Positions 41,343-53,451 of a DNA stretch of 64,000 nt are shown here, one piece after another. The stretch is from assembly GCA_009103225.1 (NCBI GenBank), contig RHPI01002048.1:1079906-1143905 (forward strand). The letters are read 5' to 3'. A program made the position numbers and the translations under genes. Source of the DNA: Chlorokybus atmophyticus (lineage: Eukaryota > Plantae > Mesostigma and Chlorokybus algae). Under the pieces are notes generated by a model, which made no database searches, was not told where the DNA came from, and was given only the letters and a program-made list of their open reading frames with translations. The first letter of the stretch is position 1. Each line of letters opens with the position of its first letter.

Positions 41343-44300
41343 ACATACAGATAGTGGTGAGAGTATGTCCACTTGCAGATGAGCAGCCGACTTGCGCATG
41401 AAAGTACCTACGACATTGAGTCTAGCTGTCGCACTCATGCGCAGCTTGTCAACCCGTGGTGCCTGCCTCAGAACTCCTCCTCAACCCCTCCTCATGTTCC
41501 TCCTCCGACAAGTCGTCTACTTCAACATCTGAGTCATCTTCATTTGCTGCCTCCCTCGCTGACAATGCAGCGGCTACTTCGTCCTTCAACTTAAATGTCG
41601 GCAACTCACCGTGCACGCGCATGCGCTTGATGGTCGCTTCAAGAGTGACCACCTGCATTTGGTAATGCTATAAGAGTAGCGTGCTGCCAGAGGACTAGCC
41701 CATCAGCATACACATGCTTACCTTGTGACGGGAGCAATAATAAAAGGGGTAATATAACTACCTAAACGACACATCTTGTATGAATAAGTATATCAAGTAT
41801 TTATTGATGCGTGTTTTCTACGGTTCCTCGCTTATCAAAGCTGATAATACATTATTATAGCTTTGGTAAGTCCCAATGGGAGTAGATTCGCCAATCAAGT
41901 CTATTTGGTTTCGCATTTCATACATGCGATCACTATAGCCAGATATCAATTTCAGTGCCTCGTTGCTAGGTACCTTATCGATAGGCACCTAATCGTTGGG
42001 AACCTTATCGTTTGATACCTGAGCTTTGATTGGCTCACGCGAGATCTCCAACGGCAATCCTATCTATAGGGATGATAATTACTTGTGAGTTTAGTATCGA
42101 GAGACATCAATGTGATACACTCTTGATAAAAAAGGCCTCATTAATTGATGGGACCGGATTCAGTCTTCTGCCACAGCATCATGCTGCCGGCGGCTTGACA
42201 GGCTTGTCGTTGGCGGTGTGGGTGTTGGGGTAGAGGATAGAAGGGTTGTCGACGGCAACGCCGGCATCTGTTACATACCTTGTCTTCCGCTTTGTCGCAC
42301 TCCGCCAGGCAGACAGCTAGCCTGCCGTGCTGCTCTTGATGCAATGGCTCGAATGGCTCGACGATCCACCAAACGCCACATACCCTCGGCATCACCGCCC
42401 TGTAAGGGCATAGCTTGGCGGAGCCATTAATGGTGTTTTCATGCGCAGGGGCGGGCATTGCTAGAGCTTGTCAATGGTATGAACTGCCATTGCCTCTGTA
42501 CAAAGGTACCAATTCAATGGTATCTTTTGGCAAAGGCATTTTCGCACTATTAAAACGATTCAATCGGGATATTTATGCAAACTTACCCCACCCTGGACAT
42601 GCAATGGCTCGATAGCACCATAACAATTATATGACGGAGCCGTCACGCTAGTGAATGGCGGCTTAAGTTTCCCGCCTCTGGCATGCAAGGGTAGTAGCGG
42701 CGGTGGCGGCGGCGGCGGCTGTGCGTGTTGCTGGATATGATGATGCAAGTTGCATTGGCGACACCTGTGTCGACGTCAATAGTGAGCTATGGGAGTCCTT
42801 TGTCCGTATTGCCACATGCGCTTCGCCACACGCGACTCGATCTACATGCACATTATTAGCAGCAGGGTGTGCAAGCAAATCAAGCTGTATGTTGGCCAGC
42901 GTCCATTACAGTACGATGCGGGTCATGTTGAACCGGGAATTCGATTCAGAATGCGCACATGCTTGATGCCGAACGACCCCACCAAGAGACACACGCACAG
43001 CAGCAACCGTTGCTCCTGTGACAAGAGGAGGAGGAAGTGAACGAGGGCTTTCCTTGTGTGCGTGTGCCTGAGAAACCTGTGGCACGCCAACATGGAAGTG
43101 GAGGCGTCCCTTTGCACGCGTCGGAATCCAGTAGGTATGGCTCAGAGCATGCTCTTGCAGTGGCATTCGTGCAGTGCAACGACGGCCAAGGCCGGTCGGC
43201 CGACATGGGGCGGATCATCAAGTGCATCCAAAATGCACACTTCTTGACGAGGCATGCTGCATGCGGTGATGCAGCGCGTCGTGGGTGTATTGTAGGGCGG
43301 TCAACTCCTTTGCACTACGACTCAGCCCCTCAAAGCGTTTGCGCGTCGGTGCTTTAAGCTTAAGCAGCTCGTGCCGCACTGGCTGTCTCTCTTAACAATG
43401 CTGAGCAGCCACATGACGCTGTAAACCCGCCTGTGCCTACTCAAGACACACAGTCAGCCTCAGTAAGGCTTTAAGGCGCTGTGCTTTTTCTAACTACATT
43501 GTAACGATGCCTCACCTTTGCTTTTATGATCTTGTCAGCGTCCCTTGTTCCAACAACCTTCCTTCTTTTGTTGTCAACCTGCACATCTAGCACATCTTGC
43601 CAGGCGCTCTCCGTTGCACTGTCACTCAGAGGAGGTAAGGCGTTATTTCTTGCTCCACAACCTTGCGCTTGTGGGTTGCCTCCTGTTCCTTCACGACCTC
43701 ATGTTGCTTCATGAGGTCGAGCATGCAGCTTTTGTCTTTCAACGCAGTTTTTGGGATACCTCGATCACTCTCTTTACCAACAGGACAGGCTGGGATCAAT
43801 GTGGCAAGCTTAGAGGGAGAGCGCGAGCTACCGCTGCTTTTTAATGGAGATGCCTCCGGATGGTTAGAGTGCGGGGGCAAGTGAGTCTCCGCGGCAGGAA
43901 GGGAGGGTGCTGAATTGTTATTGCGAGCATGTGGCTGTGGTTAAGGGGAGGCAGGATGTGCAGAACAGTTGACTACTTCTTGCCTAGCACACAAAGGCGA
44001 GGCGTTGGCGCAGCATCATGGGGAGCAGCCAATGGTAGCGGGGGATTGACAACGTCATTCAGCCACTCTTTAATCAGATCTGTTACCTTCGGTGGCACTT
44101 CATGCATAGGCCACGACTATTGTTCGGTGCTTGCAGGCTTGAGGAGCAAAAAGTGTGATATGATGAGCCAAAAGCGTGCTTTTGGCTCATCATGAGCAGT
44201 GTTGCCCACCACCAGGACTGAGTTGAGGGCTCCTTGATTTCCAACCCAAACTGCGCTGCCGGGCCGTGGCACCCACTCCCCATGCTCGCGCTGAATCATG

Positions 44301-46167
44301 CAACCAATTAACAAGCCCAGCTTGTTGGCAAACATGGTCATCTGCAAGTGCTTCATGTACACATTTTTTCTCCGCACAATCTGTCGCACCTTGGCCATGG
44401 CTATGTCAATGTTGCAATTGACTTCAGCCAACATGGTCGCAGGCAATTTGTCGTATAAATATACTGCACCATCTCTCCCGCGGCACCAGTAGCTCTGCAG
44501 AAGTCTGGAATTTTGCTCCTCACGCCTGCATCGACAGCCTGGACGGTGATTTTGCGGAGAGTGTCCCCCCTGCCGTTGGAGGAGGAGGAAGAGCAAGCTC
44601 CGGTGTCTCCTCTACACTCCCCAGCGCGTGGCGCTTTGTTCCATGATGACGTTCAAGGCGATGATGGAGAGGAGCTGTAGCGCGGTTGGTAGTCCATTTA
44701 GCTGGTAATGTACACAGCTGCAAGGCTCTTGTGACTTGGTGTTGGGCATCTTAAACCAGCCGAGTCAATTGTCATTATGCTCATGCATGTAAAAACTTGC
44801 ATCCTTATGATATACAGCAGAACTGCACGCAATCAAGTTGTCATGTCTATTGTCCGCGCGTGCTAGCCTTCATCGAGCATGCCCACATCACAACCATCGC
44901 CCGGCCTACCAACATACCAACTCACGCGCGTCGCTGACTAGTAGCTAGGTCATGACTCTAGAGTAGCTCATGACCATAGCCTACATAGGCACCGCGCGTA
45001 GCTGTTCAGTCGTGAGTTCAGTTATAAGTTGTGTTCTATATCGAGTGGGGATTGCTGTGGAAATAGCCTCGATATGACCATTAGCTTATGTTTTAAACAA
45101 ACAGGCATGACTTCACTTGTATAAGTAGTCACGGTGTTCACCGGATCAGCTGGTGACACTGTGAGTGAAAAAGTTAAAAGCTTGTGAAGCGACTTGAACT
45201 ACAACACACCGTCCCGGTTATCACGAAACCCCTCACCGTGTGAAAGCCTGTGCATGCTCGTGTGCACCGTGCCTGTCATTGCTGTGAGCTTGGTGTGCCT
45301 GGTTGCAGTGTGCTTGTTGGCATTAATTAGGGCATAGTTTCCACGTGTTGCTTGCTCATTCACCTCATTTAACAGTGTAATAATTTCCGCTCATGCAAAG
45401 AACTGTGCAAACAGCACTACCTAGAGCAATGGCTTGTTGACTCACAGTGTCACCGTCTTTGCTCAAGTGAGTGCGTCGCATTCTGCATCAGATAGTGCAG
45501 TCTGTACCTGGGGGGACACATCCCTGCGCATTCGTTATCACTGTCATCACATAATGCACACACAAGCACTAGTGTGGTGAGTGGTAGCGGCATCAAGACA
45601 GGCAGTACAGCACAAACACTCTACCCTGCATACACTTTCATCTGTGGACCAGCTGTATGAGCAGGCTCACCCCGTTCTCTCCAATAGACGAGGGTGACCT
45701 CGGCAGCTGGAGCTCAACCTCCAATCTTACCGAGCGGACCAGTGACGGGAGCAACGATCGCAGCAGCAGAGGCTCGCGTTCTGTCTCCGGTTTCGCCCCG
45801 TTCCTGTATACTCCTCGTCATTAAGCTTTCCCACTCTCGTCCGACAGTGCGATTACGCGATGGAGTCTTCCAGCTCAACCACGTCCCTGCACTTTTTCGT
45901 ACGTGCTGGCACCACCTCATTAAACGAATTTATCATCAAGTTCCATTCAAAATGCGATAGCAAGCACTGAAGAACAAAAACTAGTCAGATGAGATTGCTT
46001 TTCACATTGCTGCTCAGTATCTGGACCATGAAGCACATGATGTCTGGAAGTCTGTTGCTGAACTGCATCGAGTTGATGGCTATGGCGAGCTCGCTGGCAC
46101 CATAGCATCTGCGACACTGCACAGTCCAGCGGCCATCTTTCCACCTGCCACTCCCGCTGTCACCAGT

Positions 46168-47254
46168 TTGTCCATAGCGGCAGCCATTGACAGGGCAGAG
46201 GGGGAGGAACCTGAGATGGTGATCGTCAACCTGACACCTGTAGAGATTGAGAGAGAGATGGCCGCACGACGGTCACGGATCCTGGACCGTCTTGCTGCTA
46301 TCCTTGAAGAACAACGAACTGCAGCCGTTGAGGTGGGCACACCCCTACCTTTGGCAACACCTGGCTCTCGTGCGGGAGGTAGTGCTTTCACCCTCGGGTC
46401 AATCGCACTGCGCACATCAGCCATCACCGTAGGTGCTGCCATCTCTGACTCTCCACTTAAAGACCTATTCACTGCACTTCGTCGCACCTTCTCACCGCAG
46501 GCCACCAATAAAGTGGAGGAGGTGAGACGGTTCTGGCGCAAGCCCAACGAGGACCCTCTACGCCTGGACTCCAGACAGGAGGGGCTGTTGAAGGACACTG
46601 ACTACAAGATCGTCAGTGTCGAGGCTGGATGCCACCCTGAGCGAGTCGACGCGCCTGACCCTAAACTACAGCAGGCCCCTTGGCTACACGCTTAAAGAAG
46701 CTTTTGAGACTGCACAAGCCATCCATGAGCGCTTGGTGTATGAGAGGGCAGTGCTGGACATCAACCGCAGTGCCTCACAACCTGTAGCCAGCACAACTAC
46801 CGAACCTCCTCGCCGCGAAAGTGGCCGGGACGCTCCACCAGCACGCGAAAAAGGGAAACGGTCAGCTCATAATACTTTGTCTGCCCCTGTGCTGTGTCAT
46901 CGCTGTGGACGGCGTGGGCACTACAAAAAGGAGTGCACCGAAGAGTACTCAAACCGGGTCTGCGACTACTGTCACAAGATAGGCCACTTGGAGTCGGTCT
47001 ACTGGCTCAAGTTCCTGGAGGTCAGACCTGCCAACAGCTACAACGGCAACAACTCTGGTGGCTACAACAGCTGCACCACTGGAGGCTACAACATCAACCA
47101 TACCGAAGGCTATAACAACAACAACAATTACGCCAACGCTCGCAAGGAAGAGCAAGGCTACAGGTGGAAAAATCGTCCTCCTCAGCGCAAGGGACTAGAA
47201 AGACGTCCGCGCTGCTGCTGTTGCCGCCAAGGCTCCAGCCAACCCGTCAGCTAA
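46168..47254 (+). pseudogene. Gypsy gag with two CCHC knuckles, frameshifted near 46615
   Basis: PLKDLFTALRRTF...WRKPNEDPLRL, YTLKEAFETAQ, CHRCGRRGHYKKEC, CDYCHKIGHLESVYW and an Asn-rich segment. Confidence 0.85.
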
Positions 47255-47584
47255 TGACCATATTGCTGCCCTCATCGCGCGTATGGCATGCTTGGAGGAA
47301 AACAAGGAGTAAGGCTACCGCGCCTGTTACTTTGCCCAATGGGCACTGATGGCTCCGAAGCGCACGAGAGACACCAGCACTCCGTCGCGCGTTTAACCAT
47401 CCCAACGAGCTCGAGGGGAAGCCGCAACACCATTAGCAGCTACTTCCTTTGAAGCCACCAGTGGTGCTGTATCAGCAGCAACAGCCACACCGGCTACGAC
47501 GTCGACTGCGTCAACGTCAACAGCGACCACTTTAGTTGCACCAGAAGTTGGTACGTCAGTGGGCACCGTGACGCCAACACTGAT

Positions 47585-48196
47585 TGTTGAGATCCGGACT
47601 AGCCCACTCGGCTAGCCTCGCGCGAGGCTAGCCGAGTGGGCTAGTCCAGATCTCAANNNNNNNNNNNNNNNNNNNNNNNNNNNNNNNNNNNNNNNNNNNN
47701 NNNNNNNNNNNNNNNNNNNNNNNNNNNNNNNNNNNNNNNNNNNNNNNNNNNNNNNNNNNNNNNNNNNNNNNNNNNNNNNNNNNNNNNNNNNNNNNNNNNN
47801 NNNNNNNNNNNNNNNNNNNNNNNNNNNNNNNNNNNNNNNNNNNNNNNNNNNNNNNNNNNNNNNNNNNNNNNNNNNNNNNNNNNNNNNNNNNNNNNNNCCC
47901 CCCCCCCCCCCCCCCCGCTTCAAGCAGCGACCTGTCCCTAGGCGTGCTTGGCGCACGGTAGCCTCCGTTCGTGGCTGTCTTACAACGAGCGCGCGAGCTA
48001 CTGCGGCGGCTTCACTTGTCGCGCCGAATTATGGAGCATGCCCAAAATCGGGCTCTCTTTCACTGCCATGTTTGCAGTGCGTCCGGTGGGACTTGAACTC
48101 AGGTCGCTAGGGCAGCACCTTTTGTTGAGATCCGGACTAGCCCATTCGGCTAGCCTCGCGCGAGGCTAGCCGAGTGGGCTAGTCCGGATCTCAACA
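47585..48196 (-). mobile_element. TRIM whose 74-bp LTRs are themselves near-perfect palindromes
   Basis: The LTR TGTTGAGATCCGGACTAGCCC...GGGCTAGTCCGGATCTCAACA occurs at 48123-48196 and at 47585-47656 (running into the N gap). There is a 5-bp TSD CTGAT on both sides and a poly-G tract on the minus strand beside the gap. Confidence 0.8.
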
Positions 48197-48272
48197 CTGA
48201 TGAGCACGATGGCAACAGCCACTGCAGTCACCGACGCTACTACAAGAAGTCGCACCGGTTCCGCTCCAGCTA

Positions 48273-49151
48273 TGTAATGCCGGTTAATGTGGAATAGGCT
48301 AAGAAGGGCTTATGAAGCATTAATAAGTATAATACACAACCTCTCATGGTAGCGACTTTTGCTACCATGGCTTAGTCGGCTAAGCCCCGCGTTACATTGG
48401 TAATCGGAGCTCTAAAGGTCGCAGGATCAAATCCCACCGGGCGCAAGATGCGCGCGAGTGGGTAGATTTCCGGCGACCGTCGGAAACGATCCAAGGCAGT
48501 TAGTGTGATTGGTTAACAATAAGCTGTGAGGTGAAGCTGACTGAGTCGGCGCGCAGGGTCGCTCCGGTGTGCGGCAACGTGGCAAGTCGCCGCGGAAAAC
48601 TACGCGGCATGACCGGTAATGGCTGGTCATGACCGGACGCGAGCAAGCCCTGCCGGTCATAAAGGGCCAAGATGTGCAGGCAAAATCGCGGTTAAAGCCG
48701 GGTTGAATGTAATGCCGGTTAATGTGGAATAGGCTAAGAAGGGCTTATGAAGCATTAATAAGCAATACACAACCTCTCATGGCAGCGACTTTTGCTACCA
48801 TGGCTTAGTCGGCTAAGCCCCGCGTTACATTGGTATCGGAGTAACCTGTGAGGTGAAGCTGACTGAGTCGGCGCGCAGGGTCGCTCCTGCGCACGGCAAC
48901 GTGGCAAGTCGCCGCGGAAAACTACGCGGCATGACCGGTAATGGCTGGTTATGACCGGACGCGAGCAAGCCCTGCCGGTCATAAAGGGCCAAGATGTGCA
49001 GGCAAAATCGCGGTTAAAGCCGGGTTGAATGTAATGCCGGTTACTGTGGAATAGGCTAAGAATGGCTTATGAAGCATTAACAAGCAATACACAACCTCTC
49101 ATGGTAGCGACTTTTGCTACCATGGCTTAGTCGGCTAAGCCCCGCGTTACA
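48273..49151 (+). mobile_element. Tandem TRIM: three LTRs (48273-48396, 48708-48829, 49030-49151) and two internal regions
   Basis: Each LTR runs TGTAATG...CGTTACA. PBS TGGT(A)ATCGGAG follows LTR1 and LTR2. A 5-bp TSD AGCTA flanks the whole array. The second internal region has a deletion. Confidence 0.9.
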
Positions 49152-51469
49152 AGCTACAAGAACACATGTGTCAGCAAGCGTTGAGACCACTCTCGCACCA
49201 CTGACCGGCACTATTGCAATCACTACCAGCGCCATTGTCGAGTCCGCTGTCACTGCAGCAACGCGCGCAGCTACATTGCCCGCCCTCGACGCCACTCAGG
49301 CTGTCCCGCGAGGTCAGCAAGCTGAGCACGCATGGGAGACCATCATGTTTTGAGCAGATTCCACTACCATTGCTTTTGGTCGAGAATGAGAGCGCACCAC
49401 GCGCGTCGAACGCAGTGATTGCGTTTTCCCCCTGCCTAAATATCACACTCTGACAGAGCAGATCCACAGGCAACTGGAAGATGAAATCCTCGCAGGCACG
49501 GCGCCTCCCATGCGAGACCGCATCATTGTAATTAGAATACATGCTGTGCTGGAGTTGGCCCTGCAGCTGGTTTGGACTCTGCATGATAACATGCAGACCG
49601 CGCCACGTTGGCCCGCACAAGTCTGTCACGAGCATTTTAAGCCAAGTGCGCTGAACACGTATCGAGACCGGCAACCCAACGTGCAGCAGCACATCAGCGA
49701 TGCAGCTGGCATGCGTTTGGGTACTAACGAAGCACTGAAGACCCTCACTCGGCTTTACGAGCGCTACACCGCTTTGAAACAAGCGTTCACCTAGCAGCGG
49801 AACCAAACGGGAGCAATTAACGCAAGAGCGCAAGCCCTTGCTGCTGCTCGCGCTTTCGTTCTTCAACCGACAATCACTGGCCTATCGTCCAGCACGACAC
49901 CTTTCATCGTCGAGCCCACCATTGACCAGGTGAAGGCGCTCGCCCAATAAACCAGAGGGGTGATCGCCCCGCTGCTACCCGCCTTGTTGGAAGACTTGCC
50001 GGACAATCAACGGGATCCAGGAAGAGGCTACCTCACACCACAAGAGTGTACACAACGGGATGGAGCAGGCTTAGTCGGAAACGCACTACCCTGTTGCGAC
50101 AAGCAATAATGCTACATCGACAAGAAGGCATTATCGAGATGCGTTGACAAACCTACACGTGCACATGTGTGCACGCCACCTAACACCAATACCAAGAGGC
50201 TGTAACAACAAGACTAAGACCATCTATTGCCATCATGTCCGCGAGTTTTATACCCACCAGGAATACACCTGTCTACATTAAAAGCCACCACGTTTGCTAA
50301 ACTTATTTATATGCTGCGGACTAAATAGCATCTTGTAGCTGCATTTTAGAGCTATCTACTGAGCTCTAGAACGCCCAAATTGGTGCGGCAACCACCGAGT
50401 TATGACAGTTCTCATGCAGGCCTGAACTCCGGGATCAAGTCCGCGCCTGAAACCTTTACGCGCCTGGAACTTTCGACTTGAGTCCTCGCCTAGAGCCTTC
50501 TCGCGGCCATTCCTATTCAAAGGGCAAGCTGACCGTCCGCCTAGATGTAGGAATATCTTCAACAGGCATCGGCCTGAGACGGATGATGGGAATGCGAGAA
50601 GGTGGCAATGCAGCTCAAGCAAGACTAGTGACTTGGCTAGTTATTAATCACCCCGCAGTCCCTCTGTTCGCATTTAGCACCAGGTTGTTATGGTTGGACA
50701 CATTCCTTCGCTCGCTACGGCAAGCCTATGACGAGGTTGCCTCGGCAGCCACTGACACCTTAGAAGGAGTTCAAGAGGCCATACGAAGGTTGCCAGGGGT
50801 GGAAGCAGCGCGACAACGCAAACGTATCGCAGCTGCTTATGAGCAGCACGTTTAACAGCCAGAGATTTACCTCACTGTTCGGGCACGAGCAACAATGGTG
50901 CTAGAAGTGGGGGTGGTCAATGGCAGATGGGATGCCTACATGGCAGGGATTCTAAGGGTGGTTCCCACCGTTACCCACAACATAAGAGCGCGGCTCCTGC
51001 GCGCGGTGTATCTCCAACCCATGCCTCAGAAGCATCGCTGGAGTAACGCGGTCAACAATCCAACAACCACATGGGAAGGTACACCGGTCAAGGAGGCAGC
51101 TCGTGCTGTACGCTGGACTTATGTGGAAAAACAAGTTGCACGGGAGGCGGGCCCACAAACGCCCGGTCCTCCAGGGTTTCCACAGGACAGCCACAGGCAG
51201 CACCGCCAGCACCCAGGCCGCATCGTGTATACCAACAGCCAAGACAAGGACGGCTCCGGCCAGGCCGCAGGCAAGGAATTTCTTAAGACCCAGCTGGTTG
51301 CAGGGCGCTTGTCGCACTGCGCTCGACACCACCGAGGGAAACTGCAGCAGCAGTCGCCCCACGGACACGCTACCGGCGATTCACGCGGCTGCGCATCAAA
51401 GCCAATGCAGCCACGATCGCCAATAAAGGCAAGCATGTCACCATTAATGGACGCGCACCCAAGCGCGTA

Positions 51470-51814
51470 ATGCTGGACTCTGGAGGCCAGCCTGTTATCA
51501 TCGGACGTTACCTCGCACGCGACCTTTGCATCATCAGCGCTGAGCTGATGCCCTGCCCATACGTGCTCGACACAGCAACCGGCATCCATAACAAGGTGAT
51601 TTGCATCACCAAGCAGGCCCTCTGCATTCGCTTAACAGGGTTGGACCCTTCCCACAGCACCAAAGTCATACAGAAGTGTGTGGTCATTGACGCAGGATCC
51701 TTCGAGCTGCTGCTGAGACGGGACTTCAACTTCCCTATTGGCATGGGGCTGGACTGCTGGACAGAAAAGGCATGGTTTCGTCCCCATTGGGATGAGGAGG
51801 ATGGAGAGGTTTAA
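51470..51814 (+). pseudogene. Retroviral-type aspartic protease of the Gypsy element
   Basis: VMLDSGGQPVII (D-S-G catalytic motif) ... FELLLRRDF. Confidence 0.8.
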
Positions 51815-52171
51815 GGATATCCGCCTCTCGAGCTGGTGGCTCGCACTCGTTCTCACCAAAGGTCAGCTGCAACAGCCACCTACAAGTCGGTCTCGCCAAA
51901 CACCGACAGGCCAACTGCGGTGGTCACCCGCAACCATGACCAAGAGCCTCCTGTCCCATACAACCAGTCCCAGGATGATGTTACTAAAGAAGTGGCCCAC
52001 CAGCAACCATCTGAACGCCGCTGGCGTGCACAGGTGGTCGCACATCTACTACTGACCGGACCACGGCTCACTACACGGTTCCCTCTCTACAAGGACCAAG
52101 CTGCAGTTCAGGAGCAACACCAAGTGGCCACTGGAGTAGTGGAGTTTCATGTGTTCCGTCGACAACAAGGC

Positions 52172-53150
52172 ATCACCGTGCTGGAACTATTTGGAAGTAT
52201 AGGTAGTGGCCTCGCTGCTGTCCTCAACACCGACGCAACGGTCACCAGTACCTCTGCTGTGACTCTGAGCCACACGCACAGATTGCCCTGAGCCACCACT
52301 TGCGCCACCTACACCCACACCAATACTACCCGCAGTAGCTGCCGCTATCGGCAATGCAAGGCAGCCTGAAGGCACTGCCACAGGACATCCGTTTAATCAC
52401 TACGCATCACCTCCCGGCGGTGGGCAACATTGACCTGCTAATAGTAGGATGAAAGTGTTAAGGACACTCCAGAGCAGGTAGAGGCCAAAGACTCGCTGAC
52501 CCTCGCGATTGTTCTGAGAATTAATGGGTGTCATCAAAGTCCTGCACAGCAACCAGATGTCAAGGCCTGCGGGATATATAATCAAAAATGTGCACTCCGA
52601 GGACGATAAGCGCCATTACGTAATGGCGTGTACGTGGCCAACAGCTTTTGTGAGGTGTATTTGTTACGAGGGCATCCTTAAAATCAGTCAACGCAGCGCG
52701 TCATGAATCTCATGCTCATCGCGTCCGTGCCAAGTGGACCAACCTGGCTACAGTCGAAGATCTCTTTATTGCTGAATATCTGCACAGCAGTCGTCCACGC
52801 GATCTCACCATTAACGCCATCCTGAACCATGGGCGCACAGCACAACCGGTCACGCCACACGATCACCAGCACTTCGACCAATGCAACCAGCGTGGACAAC
52901 CACGGCGTGCGCGCCCCACTTTGGTGTCTTACTTGAAATGATACGCCTTCCGCAACAAAAGTGAAGGGATGGTGTTGGATTCTAACACAGAACGATTGGA
53001 GGACCCCAACGCACGTGAATGCGAGCGAGCCATGGGTTCCCTCCATGCAATATCACAGGTTCCACGCTGACCGATAGTCAGCAATATCAGTCATTGAGAC
53101 GCGCAATGGACCAAAACAGCATGGTGTGGTTATTGGAGATATGCTTTGCT
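52172..53150 (+). pseudogene. C5 cytosine DNA methyltransferase domain within the Gypsy pol region (inactivated)
   Basis: Reading across stops and frameshifts: motif I ITVLELFGSIGSGLAAVL (52172); YLCCDSEP; LPQDIRLI; motif IV IDLLIVG*KC*GHSRAG (Cys codon 52456-58); DPR; motif VI GYIIKNV (52572-92); AHRVRAKWTNL; PTLVS; motif IX-like ECERAMG; motif X-like SLRRAMDQNSM. Confidence 0.85.
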
Positions 53151-53451
53151 CTCTTGGACCGCCATGTGTCCTTCTATGAGCTCAAACACCTGGCCGGGGG
53201 TGAGCTGATCGCGTTGGAGAGACCAAGGCGACACACACCGCCCTTCAAATTGCCCATATGGAGGAGCAGGCAGTGACTGTGGAGGACATGCCAGTAGTCG
53301 CCAACGCTACCTCTTGGTCCCCATGGCATTGGACCACTGGCTACAGGCCAGACGCGGTTAGTTCAGCTTCAGCGTGAAGGAACTGGGTGTTTGCTCAATT
53401 TACCAGATGGACACCGAACCGGTGTTTTGACGACAGTACCGACTCTCCAAG

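Noticed and set aside
48273-49151. Regularly spaced direct repeats suggesting a CRISPR-like array
   Set aside because: The repeats are about 122-bp LTRs with PBS and TSD, the spacers are homologous to each other, and the context is eukaryotic.
50200-50400. Possible further nested LTR plus PBS (TGTAACAAC... then TGGTGCGGCAACC)
   Set aside because: No second LTR or TSD could be found.
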